This document shows positions 37,359 to 47,599 of a stretch of 64,000 bases of DNA, piece after piece. The stretch is from Myxococcota bacterium. GTDB lineage: Bacteria; Myxococcota_A; UBA9042; PHBI01; JAWLBL01. The stretch spans positions 192,001 to 256,000 of the forward strand of contig JAWLBL010000004.1 in assembly GCA_041687695.1 (NCBI GenBank), written 5' to 3'. Position numbers and translations under genes: made by a program. Under the pieces are notes generated by a model. It saw only the letters and a program-made list of their open reading frames with translations, searched no databases and was not told the DNA's origin. Numbering within the stretch: the stretch's first letter is position 1; every line of letters starts with the position of its first letter.

Positions 37359-40300
37359 ATGTCACGCGCGCCAAAGAGCCGCGGTCGGGTCGCGTCCTCG
37401 TCGCCATCCTGCCGGGCGGTCGTCACCCTGGCGTGGCTGTTCGTGGCCCTCACGGGTTGCGCGGACGCCACCTTGCCCCTGGACGCGGCCTGCGGGGCCG
37501 ACGCCCAGTGCACCTCGGGGCTGTGTTACAAGGCCCGCTGCCTCGACCCCGGGGCCGATCCCGACCAGGACGGGCTGACCAACGCGCAAGAGCGTGACCT
37601 GCGGACCGACCCCGACGACCCGGACACCGACGGGGACGGGCTGCCCGACGGCGTCGAGGTGGGCGACCCGGGCGACCCGCGCAACAGCGACGGGACCGGC
37701 GCCCACGACGCCCTCGAGAGCGCCATCGCCGACGCGGATCGGGACTGCATCAAGGACCAGTTCGACCCCGACGACGCCGTCCGGGAGACGGATCTGGGCG
37801 TGGTCGCGCGCGCGGCCTGCAAGAGCGCGGGGGTGTGCGGGTCGGCCGAGGCGGTGATCACGGCCGAGTGTCGGCTGGTCCAGGTCGACGGAGCGTCGGT
37901 GGCCGAGGTGACCTGCCACGTGCAGGCCCCGGGGTATGAGGCGGTCGAGAGCGCGTGTGACGGGCTCGACAACGACTGCAACGGGCTGACCGACGAGCGG
38001 TCCACGTACGTCGGGCCCGACGGGGTGGCGCGGACGGTGGGCGAGCCGTGCCAGGGCGTGGGTGCCTGCGAAGGGGCCAGCGGGGTCGTCGAGTGCACGC
38101 CGCCGGGCGAGGGCGCGGGCGGGGCGCGGTGCTCGGTCAACCAGGGCGGCAGCGCGTTCGCCGGGGCGGCGGTGGACACGCCGTGCAACGACGTGGACGA
38201 CGACTGCAACGGCGTCACCGACGACGGGGTCGTGTGGAGGGACCCGGTCAGCGGCGAGGACGTGCCGGTCGGGCAGCCGTGCCGCGGCCGCGGCGTGTGC
38301 GGCGAGGGCGTCGTGCAGTGCCACGAGGCGCTGGGGACCGGGGTGTGCTCGACCGAGCCGGGCGGGCGCCAGGACACGAGCGCGCCCGAGACCTGCGACG
38401 GGCGGGACGAGGACTGCGACGGCATCACCGACGAGGGCTTCGCGTGGACCGGCGCGGACGGGGTGGCGCGCGGGGTCGGCGAGGCGTGCGGCGTCGGGGC
38501 GTGTCAGGGGGGCGTCGTGGCGTGCCAGGCCGGGGCGCCGGTGTGCACGACGGCCGGGCTGGCGTCGGGCGGGCTCGAGACCTGCGACGGCGTGGACGAG
38601 GACTGCGACGGAGCGGTCGACGAGGCGGAGGGCCTGCTGCTGGGGTGCCCGAGCGTGGGCGTGTGCCAGGGCGTGACGTGGAGCGGCGCCAGCTGCGTGG
38701 ACGGCGCGCTGGTGTGCCAGGGCGACGTCGCGTGGGAGCCGCTGGGCGAGACGCTGTGCGACGGGCTGGACAACGACTGCGACGGCGCGACGGACGAGGG
38801 GCTGCTGACGGACGACGGGCTGGCGCTGGGGGCGGTGTGCGTCGGGCGGGGGGCGTGCCTGGGCGCGACGGGCGTCGTCGGCTGCGGGGCGCTGCTCGGC
38901 GAGGGGCTGCCCGCGGCGCCGATGTGCAGCGCGAACCTGGGGGGGAGCGCCGAGACCTGCAACGGGGTCGACGACGACTGCGACGGCGTCGTGGACGACC
39001 AGCTGGGGGCGCCGCCGGCGCTGCCCTGTGGGACCCAGGGCGTGTGCGCGGGTTACGGGACGCCGGCCGTGCTGTGCGTCGACGGGACGTGGGCCTGTGC
39101 CTACGAGGCGTCCGAGACCTGGGAGGTCGAGGAGACGCTCTGCGACGGGCTCGACAACGACTGCGACGGGCTGACCGACGAAGGCACGCCGCAGGCTTTC
39201 GTGGGGCCTTGGCAGACGTGGGCGCCGTCGCAGCCGCCGGCGCGCGTGCGCTGGCTCGTCGAGGGGGCGGCGCACGGGCCGCGGTTCTTGTACGGCGGGT
39301 GGACGCCGGGCGACGCGCCGAGCGTGCTGGCCGATCTGTGGCGCTTCGACCCCATCGGGGCGGTCTGGCAGCTCGAGGGCGAGGGGCAGGGGCCGGGGCC
39401 GAGGGCGGGGCACCATGCGGCGTGGGTGCCCGGGACGGCCCGGCTGCTGGTCGGCGGGGGCTTCGACGACGTGTCCGCCGAGGCGCCGGGGGGGCTGCCC
39501 GACGGGGCCGCCATCGACGATCTGTGGGCGTTCGACCCGGTGTCGGGCGGGTGGCAGGCCGTCGTGCAGCTCGGGCCGCGGCCCAAGCGGCGCCACGCCA
39601 CGCTGACGGCGGTCGGGGCCGGCACGGTGCTGCTGTTCGGCGGGCGCGCCGAGGACGCGTACGGCCCCATGCTACTCGGCAAGCTGTCCACGCAGGTGAC
39701 GCCCGAGGGGGTGCCGACGCTGGTGTGCGAGTGGCACGCCTTGCCCGCGGCGACGCCGGCCAGGTACGGCCACGCCGCCGCCTGGACCTCGGGCCTCGGA
39801 CGACTCGTGGTGGTCGGCGGGCTCGAGGAGGGCGGTGACGCGCCACCTTCGTACGTGATGGCGCTGGCCTTCCCGAAGGGGCTCGTGCCCAACGCCGTGG
39901 TCGACGTCCTCGCCTACTCGTCGCCGAGCACGGCGCGGCTACTGCCCGCGGCGACCGTGGCCCCCGGCGTCCAGTCGGTGGTGGCCGTCGGCGGACGCGC
40001 TCCGGCGCCGGGCGGCGCGGGCAAGCTCTTCGCGGACGCCATCGTGGTCTCTCCGGACGGCAGCGACCACGTCATGGCGGCCGGACCGCTGGGGGCGCCC
40101 GCGACCTGGGGGGCCGCCGCCTGGATGGTCCCGTCCGCCGGCGTGCGGGTCAGCGGGGGCGTGGGCGCCGCAGGCGTGTCGCGCCGGTCCGTCTGGACGC
40201 TGGCGCCCGGGCCACAGGGCTGGGCCTGGGGTGGGGCGGTCGAGTGGGCCGGGCCGGCGCCGCGGCTCGGGGCGACCCTCATCGCCAACGGCGCCGGGAC

Positions 40301-41243
40301 CGAGGCCTGGCTGCTGGGCGGGACGGAGGCGCCCTTCAGCGAGGGCGGCGCCCTGCAGGACGTCTGGGCGTTCGCGCTGGGGGCGGTGGGGGCGCCGAAG
40401 TGGCAGCCGGTCGTCAAGCCGGCGGGCGGGGGGACGGTCGTCGACCTGACGAAACCTGCGGTCTGGGACGCGGTCGGCGCGTGGGACCCGGTGGGGCAGC
40501 GGGCCCTGCTGTACGGCGGGGTCACGGCCAGCGGCCAGCTCGCCGCCGATCTCTGGGTCTTCGATCCGGCCGCCGCGACGCTCGCCAAGGCCGACGCGCA
40601 GGGGACCCCGCCGCCGGGCGCGGCCGGGACGGTGTTCTCGGTGGCGCCCGGGGGGGCGACGGCCTTCCTGGTGGGGGTGGGGGGCGCCTACGACCTGCCG
40701 GCGGCGAGCCCGGAGCCCGCGGCGCCCCTCCAGGTCGGCGTGAGCCCCGAGGTGCATACGCTGACGCTGGCGACGCTGACGTGGAGCCCCGCCCCGGTCA
40801 GCGCCAGCGCGCCGCCGCCGGCCGGGGTGGTCGGGCTGGCGGGCGGGGCCGTGCCGGGGGCCCTGCGCCTGGCGGTGCTGCGCGACGACACGACGCTGAC
40901 CCTGTGGTCGGTCGATCCGGCGACCGGCGCCTGGCTGCGCACCTGGCCGGCTGAAGGCGAGACCCCGGCGCCGACCGGGTGGGTGGGGCTGGTCGCGCAC
41001 GCCTTCGACGCGGGGTCCGACCAGGCGCTGGTCGTCGCGCGCGACGACGCGGGGGACGCGTGGGTCGTGCGCGTCGACTTCGCGAAGGGCCAGGTGACGC
41101 CGCTGCAGGACCTGCCGCTGTCGCTGACCGACGGGCTGGCGCTGGCGCGGCACCTACAGGCGGGGGCGATCGGGTTCGGCGGGGTGGACGGGCAGGGCGT
41201 CGTGCGGGGCCAGGCCTACTCGGCCGCGCAGGTCTGCCAGTAG
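37359..41243 (+). CDS. Large surface lipoprotein with Cys/acidic (ETCDG.D.DCDG) repeats and C-terminal Kelch-like propellers
   Basis: LTGC lipobox; DTDGDGLPDG; about seven CDG.DNDC.G..DE repeats; GG...DLW.FDP Kelch blades. Confidence 0.8.
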   Translation: MSRAPKSRGRVASSSPSCRAVVTLAWLFVALTGCADATLPLDAACGADAQCTSGLCYKARCLDPGADPDQDGLTNAQERDLRTDPDDPDTDGDGLPDGVEVGDPGDPRNSDGTGAHDALESAIADADRDCIKDQFDPDDAVRETDLGVVARAACKSAGVCGSAEAVITAECRLVQVDGASVAEVTCHVQAPGYEAVESACDGLDNDCNGLTDERSTYVGPDGVARTVGEPCQGVGACEGASGVVECTPPGEGAGGARCSVNQGGSAFAGAAVDTPCNDVDDDCNGVTDDGVVWRDPVSGEDVPVGQPCRGRGVCGEGVVQCHEALGTGVCSTEPGGRQDTSAPETCDGRDEDCDGITDEGFAWTGADGVARGVGEACGVGACQGGVVACQAGAPVCTTAGLASGGLETCDGVDEDCDGAVDEAEGLLLGCPSVGVCQGVTWSGASCVDGALVCQGDVAWEPLGETLCDGLDNDCDGATDEGLLTDDGLALGAVCVGRGACLGATGVVGCGALLGEGLPAAPMCSANLGGSAETCNGVDDDCDGVVDDQLGAPPALPCGTQGVCAGYGTPAVLCVDGTWACAYEASETWEVEETLCDGLDNDCDGLTDEGTPQAFVGPWQTWAPSQPPARVRWLVEGAAHGPRFLYGGWTPGDAPSVLADLWRFDPIGAVWQLEGEGQGPGPRAGHHAAWVPGTARLLVGGGFDDVSAEAPGGLPDGAAIDDLWAFDPVSGGWQAVVQLGPRPKRRHATLTAVGAGTVLLFGGRAEDAYGPMLLGKLSTQVTPEGVPTLVCEWHALPAATPARYGHAAAWTSGLGRLVVVGGLEEGGDAPPSYVMALAFPKGLVPNAVVDVLAYSSPSTARLLPAATVAPGVQSVVAVGGRAPAPGGAGKLFADAIVVSPDGSDHVMAAGPLGAPATWGAAAWMVPSAGVRVSGGVGAAGVSRRSVWTLAPGPQGWAWGGAVEWAGPAPRLGATLIANGAGTEAWLLGGTEAPFSEGGALQDVWAFALGAVGAPKWQPVVKPAGGGTVVDLTKPAVWDAVGAWDPVGQRALLYGGVTASGQLAADLWVFDPAAATLAKADAQGTPPPGAAGTVFSVAPGGATAFLVGVGGAYDLPAASPEPAAPLQVGVSPEVHTLTLATLTWSPAPVSASAPPPAGVVGLAGGAVPGALRLAVLRDDTTLTLWSVDPATGAWLRTWPAEGETPAPTGWVGLVAHAFDAGSDQALVVARDDAGDAWVVRVDFAKGQVTPLQDLPLSLTDGLALARHLQAGAIGFGGVDGQGVVRGQAYSAAQVCQ

Positions 41244-41250
41244 GCCCCGG

Positions 41251-41751
41251 TCAGGCGCGGCGCGAGCCGATGGCGGCGCGCTCGGCCTCGGAGGCGACGA
41301 CGTGCACGGCGGCGAGCTGCGGCTCGGCCGCGAACAGCTCGAGGAGCTGGGCGCCGTTGCGCTCGAGCGGCGTCGTCAGGGTCTCGACCCGGAAGAGGTC
41401 GCAGGTCAGGCGCCGGGCGCCCAGCCCGGTGACGACCTCGAGGGCGGCGCGGGCCGTGGCCAGGGCGCGGTCGACCCGGTACTCGGCGCGGGGGCCCAGG
41501 CCGAAGAGCAGCAGCTGGGCGTGGGGCAGGCGCCGTCCGAGCGGGTAGAGGATGCGCTCGCCGAGCGCGCCGCTGGCGAAGCCGGTGAGGAACCATCGGC
41601 TCAGGCCGCCGCACAGCCGCCAGTCGACCAGGCCCGTCAGCCCCTCGAGGGGGCGCTCGTCCGAGAACACCGACAGCGCGAGGACGTCGTCGTCGAGGTC
41701 GTCGAGCGCGCGGAGCTCGGCCGGCACGAGTCGGACCCGCCCGCCGGCCAT
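41251..41751 (-). CDS. Protein resembling the M17 aminopeptidase N-terminal domain
   Basis: DERPLEGLTGLVDWRLCGGLSR...GE..L...LLFGLG pattern; follows nusB. Confidence 0.7.
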   Translation of the reverse strand: MAGGRVRLVPAELRALDDLDDDVLALSVFSDERPLEGLTGLVDWRLCGGLSRWFLTGFASGALGERILYPLGRRLPHAQLLLFGLGPRAEYRVDRALATARAALEVVTGLGARRLTCDLFRVETLTTPLERNGAQLLELFAAEPQLAAVHVVASEAERAAIGSRRA

Positions 41752-41777
41752 CCAGACGCCGGGTCCACCTATCGACA

Positions 41778-42251
41778 CTAGCGGCCGGAGGTCGGCTCGG
41801 AGGCGCCCGCCTCGAGCGAGGCGATGCGATCCAGGATGCCGTTGATGAACGCGCTCGAGTCCTCGGAGCCGTAGCGCTTGGCGATCTCGATGGCCTCGTT
41901 GAGCGTGACCTTGGGCGGGATGTCCGGCATGTGGCGCAGCTCGAAGGTGGCCATCCGCAGGAGGTTGCGGTCGACCATCGCCATGCGCGGGACCTTCCAG
42001 TTGGTCGAGCACCGGCCCAGCACGGCGTCGATCTCGGCCAGGTGGGCCATGACGCCGCGGACCAGCGTCTCGGCGAAGTCCTGCACCTCGTCGTCGCCGC
42101 GGGCGAGCTGGCTCAGGTCTTCGTCGTCGCTCTCGTCCTCGCTGGCGCGCGCGCGCATGTCGCCGATCGCGTCGTCGAGCGAGCGGCTGCCGAACTCGAG
42201 GCCGTAAAGGGTCTGCAGGGCCAGCTCACGGGCGCGGCGTCGGTTGCCCAC
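41778..42251 (-). CDS. nusB: Transcription antitermination factor NusB
   Basis: RRRARELALQ, DRNLLR, NEAIEIAKRYG and FINGILD. Confidence 0.96.
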   Translation of the reverse strand: MGNRRRARELALQTLYGLEFGSRSLDDAIGDMRARASEDESDDEDLSQLARGDDEVQDFAETLVRGVMAHLAEIDAVLGRCSTNWKVPRMAMVDRNLLRMATFELRHMPDIPPKVTLNEAIEIAKRYGSEDSSAFINGILDRIASLEAGASEPTSGR

Positions 42252-42263
42252 GGTGCACCTCTC

Positions 42264-42731
<468 letters not shown>

Positions 42732-42845
42732 AACGGGCCTCCTGTCAGGGCTCGGGCGGTCGCTCCAGCGAGCGGGTCGGGGTTATACGGGGAGCCAACG
42801 AGCGGGGTCAACTGCGGGATGGCGCCCCAAGGCCGGGGCGACCCC

Positions 42846-44456
42846 TCAGGGCGTGAGGGTGAGCGTCGCCATCTTGCTGGTGGTGGTCGAGATCTGGGGG
42901 TTGTTGAGCGTGCACTCCTCGCCCTTGTCGTTCTTGTAGGGCGCGGTGTGCGCGGGCCCGTTGAAGCGCACCTCGAACTTGCCGTCGGGCAACGTGGTGA
43001 CCTCGCGCACCAGCCCCTCGCCGAAGGCGTGGAAGTCCTGGAACTGGATCTTGTCCAGGTTGCCCCAGGTCTCGAAGTACACCCGGTCGCCCACTTCGAA
43101 CCCGGTCACCACGCCGCGCAGCGTCACGTTCATGCTCGAGGTCACGTTCGTCCCCTCGAAGTACGCCCCGTCGAAGGTCACGTCCGCCCACGACTGGCCG
43201 AAGTCCTCGGTGCCGGGCTTCTTCGGGCTGCCGCAGTAGGGCACGGCCGTGATGGGGATGATGAAGCGCGCCTGCTTGGGCGTGAACGGCTTGCCCGCCC
43301 AGACGCGCTCGTAGGACAGCGGCCACGTCTCGTCGGGCTTGTTCTCCTGGTTGGTCCGCAGGCGCGCGCCCGTGCCCGCCAGCGCGGCGTCCCCGGCGGC
43401 GACGGCCTCGGCCAGGGTCGCCTCGCCCCCGAGCCACGCGTCGAAGAAGGCCTCCGTGGCGGCCAGGAGCTTCGTCACGTCGGCGCCGCCCTCGACGCCG
43501 ACCACCAGCCGGCCCGGACCCGACACCTTGGCCCACACCGAGCCGCCGTCCGGCTGCCCCTCGGACCCGTCCGAGTAGCTGTGGCTGGCCGCGAGGAACA
43601 GCACCCCGGGGCCGCCCGCCACGTTGCTCGCCCACTCGGACCCGGCGCCCAGCAGATCGCGCACGTACGTCGCGTCGCCGAACCCGCCGCGGTTCACCGT
43701 CAGGCCCACCGTGCGATAGGTCGGCCCCTGGGTGCTGGTGACCTCGCCGACGCCCTGGGTCAGCCAGACCACCGCGTCCATCAGATCCAGCGTCGCGAAC
43801 GCCTCGTGCACGTCCACCTCGCGCGCGTACTGCACCTCGGTGACCTCGTGGAACCCGCCGTGCCGGGTCGCCGCCCCGGTCACCGCCGCCAGCCGCGTCC
43901 CGAACGCGTCGCCGAAGGTGTTGAGCGCCACGAAGCGCCGCGTCTCGAAGTCGATGTCGGGCAGCGCCGCCTTGTCCAGCGCCAGCCCCGCGGCCAGCGT
44001 CGTCTTGTTGGCCAGCTCGTGCCCGTCCAGCACCTTGCGCAGCGCCGGCCGCCCCACCGGCCGGACCTCGAGGTCGGAGCCGTCCGCCGCCTCCCAGCTC
44101 AGGCCGCTCGCCGTCCGCGTCTGCACGGCGGACACGCAGTCGTCCCCATCGCAGTGCCGCACCGCCGCCCGGCCGTCGCTGGCCTCGGCCCAGTGGACCA
44201 CCCGCCCCTCGTCGTCCTCGACCCGCCCGGCGACCGTCAGGGTCATCCCGGCCGCCACCGCGCCCAGCGCCGGGTCGGCGGCGGCCTCGGCCTCGAAGTC
44301 GGCGAGCTCGATGCGCTCTTGCACGGTCAGGGCCGCGCTCGGCAGCGCGTCCGCGTCGGACCCGGTCTTGGTGTCGGCGTCACCACCTCCGTCGCCGCCG
44401 CAGGCGGGCAGCGAGAGGGCGAGCAGCGTGGCGAGGCGAGTGGCGGTCGTGCGCAT
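42846..44456 (-). CDS. Hypothetical lipoprotein
   Basis: Lipobox LPAC; 536-aa ORF; no family recognised. Confidence 0.7.
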   Translation of the reverse strand: MRTTATRLATLLALSLPACGGDGGGDADTKTGSDADALPSAALTVQERIELADFEAEAAADPALGAVAAGMTLTVAGRVEDDEGRVVHWAEASDGRAAVRHCDGDDCVSAVQTRTASGLSWEAADGSDLEVRPVGRPALRKVLDGHELANKTTLAAGLALDKAALPDIDFETRRFVALNTFGDAFGTRLAAVTGAATRHGGFHEVTEVQYAREVDVHEAFATLDLMDAVVWLTQGVGEVTSTQGPTYRTVGLTVNRGGFGDATYVRDLLGAGSEWASNVAGGPGVLFLAASHSYSDGSEGQPDGGSVWAKVSGPGRLVVGVEGGADVTKLLAATEAFFDAWLGGEATLAEAVAAGDAALAGTGARLRTNQENKPDETWPLSYERVWAGKPFTPKQARFIIPITAVPYCGSPKKPGTEDFGQSWADVTFDGAYFEGTNVTSSMNVTLRGVVTGFEVGDRVYFETWGNLDKIQFQDFHAFGEGLVREVTTLPDGKFEVRFNGPAHTAPYKNDKGEECTLNNPQISTTTSKMATLTLTP

Positions 44457-44558
44457 CGTACTTCCAGCAGGGGGTCACCGCGGGCCGGGCCGGCCAGCGC
44501 GCGGCAGAACATAGCGGCCCCCGCGCGGGCAATCAACGCGCGCCGACCTCGGTCGACC

Positions 44559-45200
44559 TCAGGTGAACCCGTGCTTGGCCAGCTTCTCGAGGGTGAGGCC
44601 CCCGCCCCCGCCGAGCCGCCCGAGCGAGCGCGCGACGTACTTGCCGATGACGTCGGTCTCGACGTTGACCGGCGCCCCAACGGGCAGCGCGCCCAGGGTG
44701 GTGTGCGCGGCCGTGTGCGGCACGACCGCGATGGTGACCCGGGGCTCGGCGAGCCGCGCGATGGTCAGGCTGACGCCGTCGAGCGCGATCGAGCCCTTGT
44801 CGATGACGCTGTCCATCAGCTCCGCCGGGATCTCGAAGGTCAGCTCCCAGCCATCCCCGGCGCGCTCGCGCTGCACGAAGCGGCCCACGCCGTCCACGTG
44901 CCCCTGCACCATGTGGCCGCCCAGCCGGTCGCCCACCCGCAGCGCCAGCTCCAGGTTGACGGCCTGCCCCGCGCGCGCCGTCCCGAAGGTCGTGCGCGAC
45001 AGCGTCTCGGGGCTGAGGTCGGCCTCGAAGCTGCCCTTGCCGAAGGCCACCGCCGTCAGGCAGCAGCCGTTGACCGCGACGCTGTCGCCGAGGGCGACCT
45101 GCCCCAGATCCAGCCGCGTCTCGATCCTGGCCCGCGCGCCCTGAGCGTGCCGCTGCAGACTCGCCAGCTTGCCGACGTCGGCGATGATGCCGGTGAACAT
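44559..45200 (-). CDS. ribE: Riboflavin synthase (alpha chain)
   Basis: MFTGII, GDSVAVNGCCLT, LGGHMVQGHVD, KGSIALDGVSLT and VNVETD. Confidence 0.97.
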   Translation of the reverse strand: MFTGIIADVGKLASLQRHAQGARARIETRLDLGQVALGDSVAVNGCCLTAVAFGKGSFEADLSPETLSRTTFGTARAGQAVNLELALRVGDRLGGHMVQGHVDGVGRFVQRERAGDGWELTFEIPAELMDSVIDKGSIALDGVSLTIARLAEPRVTIAVVPHTAAHTTLGALPVGAPVNVETDVIGKYVARSLGRLGGGGGLTLEKLAKHGFT

Positions 45201-45201
45201 C

Positions 45202-46338
45202 TCACCCCTCCTGGGCGGCCGGATACGCCGTCACCGCCACATCGGCGCCCAGGCGCCGCACGTCCGCCACGGTCATGCGCGGCGCCTCGCCCGGCGCCCC
45301 CAGCCCCAGCGGCCCGACCGCCGCCACGCCGTCCGCTCCCATCACGAGCGGCGCCAGATACAGCTGCAGCTTGTTGACGAGCCCGCCCTTCAAGAGCGAG
45401 CCGGCCAGCCGCCCGCCGCCCTCGACCAGCAGCGACGTCACCGGGCGCCCCGCGCGTCGCCCCAGCCGCTCCATCAGCGGCCCCAGCGCCACCCGCCCGT
45501 CGTCGCCCGGCAGCGACCAGACCTCGGCGCCCAGCGCCTCGACCCGCGCGACCCGCGGATCGTCCGGCGGCAACGCCGTGGCCACGACCACGCCCACCTC
45601 GGCCGCGCCATGGAACAGCCGCGCGGTCGGCGGCACGCGCAGGCTCGAGTCGACCACGACCCGCACCGGCTGCCGGACCTCGCCCCACGCGGGCGCGTAG
45701 TCCCGCACGTCCAGCCTCGGGTCGTCCGCCAGGGCCGTCGCGCTGCCGACCATGACCGCGTCGCAGCTCGCGCGCAGCGCGTGCACCTCGGCGCGCGCCT
45801 CGGGCCCGGTGATCCAGCGGCTGACCCCGCCGGCCGCCGCGATGCGCCCGTCCAGGCTGGTCGCCAGCTTCAGCGTCAAGAAGGGCGTCCGCGCGACGAT
45901 CCAGTGGTTGAACGTCTCGTTGAGCGCGGCGCACTCGGCCTCGAGCACGCCCGCGACCACCTCGACCCCGGCCTCGCGCAGCCGCGCGAGCCCCTGACCG
46001 GCCACCATCGGGTTCGGGTCCCCCGCGCCGACCACGACCCGCCGCACCCCCGCCGCGATCACCGCCTCGGTGCACGGCCCGGTCCGCCCGGTGTGGCAGC
46101 ACGGCTCGAGCGTGACGTACAGCTCGGCCCCGCGCGCCGCCTCGCCCGCGGCCCGCAGGGCGTGCACCTCGGCGTGCGGCTCGCCGGCCCGCTCGTGGTA
46201 GCCCTCGCCGATGAGGCGCCCCTCGCGCACGACGACGGCGCCGACCATGGGGTTGGGGCTGGTGGTCAAGCGCCCCCGCCCGGCGAGCGCGAGAGCCCGC
46301 GCCATCCACTCCCGGTCGTCCGGCCGGGCCGCGCTCAC
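45202..46338 (-). CDS. ribD: Bifunctional pyrimidine deaminase/reductase
   Basis: PNPMVGAV, HAE, TLEPCCH...PC, SLDGRIA and LLVEGGG; GTG start overlaps the nrdR stop. Confidence 0.96.
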   Translation of the reverse strand: MSAARPDDREWMARALALAGRGRLTTSPNPMVGAVVVREGRLIGEGYHERAGEPHAEVHALRAAGEAARGAELYVTLEPCCHTGRTGPCTEAVIAAGVRRVVVGAGDPNPMVAGQGLARLREAGVEVVAGVLEAECAALNETFNHWIVARTPFLTLKLATSLDGRIAAAGGVSRWITGPEARAEVHALRASCDAVMVGSATALADDPRLDVRDYAPAWGEVRQPVRVVVDSSLRVPPTARLFHGAAEVGVVVATALPPDDPRVARVEALGAEVWSLPGDDGRVALGPLMERLGRRAGRPVTSLLVEGGGRLAGSLLKGGLVNKLQLYLAPLVMGADGVAAVGPLGLGAPGEAPRMTVADVRRLGADVAVTAYPAAQEG

Positions 46339-46823
46339 GACCCGCTCTCGCCGCCCGCCTCGGCGGCCCGCGCCTCCAGGGCGCGCAGCTCGTCCATGAA
46401 CTCGCCGACGCTGCCGAACGACCGATAGACCGAGGCGTAGCGGACGTACGCCACGGCGTCCAGCTCGTACAGGAAGGCCAGCACGCGCTCGCCGATCTCG
46501 GCCGAGCGGATGGAGCGTCCCGGCAGGACCGCCAGGCGCGCCTCGAGCTGGTCGACGAAGCCCGTCAGGGCCTCGATGGGGATCGGCCGCTTCTTGCACG
46601 CGATGCGCAGGCTGCGCAGGATCTTGTCGCGGTCGAAGGGCTCGCTGCGCCCATCCTTTTTGACCACGTCGGCCAGCATCTCCTCGATGGCCTCGTAGGT
46701 CGTGAAGCGCTGGGCGCAGGCGTCGTTCGAGCACTCGCGCCGCCGCCGGATGGCGCGTCCGTCGCGGGCGGTGCGCGAGTCGATGACCCGGCTGTCGAGC
46801 GAGCCGCAGAACGGGCAGCGCAT
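46335..46823 (-). CDS. nrdR: Transcriptional repressor NrdR
   Basis: MRCPFC, RRRREC, RFTTYE, ATP cone and VAYVRYASVY. Confidence 0.97.
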   Translation of the reverse strand: MRCPFCGSLDSRVIDSRTARDGRAIRRRRECSNDACAQRFTTYEAIEEMLADVVKKDGRSEPFDRDKILRSLRIACKKRPIPIEALTGFVDQLEARLAVLPGRSIRSAEIGERVLAFLYELDAVAYVRYASVYRSFGSVGEFMDELRALEARAAEAGGESGS

Positions 46824-46826
46824 CGG

Positions 46827-47309
46827 CTACTCCCGCCGCCCGGACTCGTCCCGCTCCATGGCCGAGATGAGGTCGAGGCGGCGCTGGTGGCGCTCCTCGA
46901 AGGGGGTGTCGAGCCACGCGTCGACCAGCTCGACGGCGTACTCGGGCGCCATCAGGCGTCCCCCGAGGCACAGCACGTTGGCGCGGTTGTGCATCGCGGC
47001 CATCCGCGCGGTGTACGGGTCGTGGACCAGCGCCGCGCGGATGCCCGGGACCTTGTTGGCGACGATGGACACGCCGATGCCCGTGCCGCAGGCGAGGACG
47101 CCCAGGTTCACCTGGCCGTCCGCCACGGCGCGGGCCACGCGCTCGGCCAGCAGCGGGTAGTCGACCGACTCGCCGTCGGCCGGGCCCACCTCGTCGACCT
47201 CGAACCCGCGGGCGCGGAGGTGACGGGCCACGGCGCCGCGCACGGCGATGGCCGCGTGATCGCTGCCGACCTGGATGCGGGGGACGCCGGGCGTCGCTTC
47301 CTTCGTCAT
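46827..47309 (-). CDS. rpiB: Ribose-5-phosphate isomerase B
   Basis: GSDHA, CGTGIG, ANKVPGIRAA, HNRANVL and RHQRR. Confidence 0.95.
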   Translation of the reverse strand: MTKEATPGVPRIQVGSDHAAIAVRGAVARHLRARGFEVDEVGPADGESVDYPLLAERVARAVADGQVNLGVLACGTGIGVSIVANKVPGIRAALVHDPYTARMAAMHNRANVLCLGGRLMAPEYAVELVDAWLDTPFEERHQRRLDLISAMERDESGRRE

Positions 47310-47328
47310 TCGCCGCGCCGCGCCGCCG

Positions 47329-47550
47329 CTACTCGAGCGACCCGGACTCGTCGGTCAGCTCGGGCAGCTCGGCCGCCACGGGGACCGCGACGCGCCCGCG
47401 ATAGAAGCCGCAGGACCCGCAGACGCGGTGCGGCAGGTTGTCGGCGCCGCAGTTGTCGCAGATGGCGACCTGGGGCAGCGTGATCTTGTCGTGGTGCGCG
47501 CGGCGCATGTCGCGACGCGAGCGGCTCTTCTTAGTCTGGGGTACTGCCAC
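47329..47550 (-). CDS. rpmF: 50S ribosomal protein L32 (Zn-ribbon form)
   Basis: (M)AVPQTKKSRSRRDMRRAH...CDNC...HRVCGSCGFY; GGAGG SD before GTG. Confidence 0.95.
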   Translation of the reverse strand: MAVPQTKKSRSRRDMRRAHHDKITLPQVAICDNCGADNLPHRVCGSCGFYRGRVAVPVAAELPELTDESGSLE

Positions 47551-47599
47551 GGGAGCCTCCGGTAGGCTGCGAACCAAGGGAGCGACGGCCGGGCGGCCG

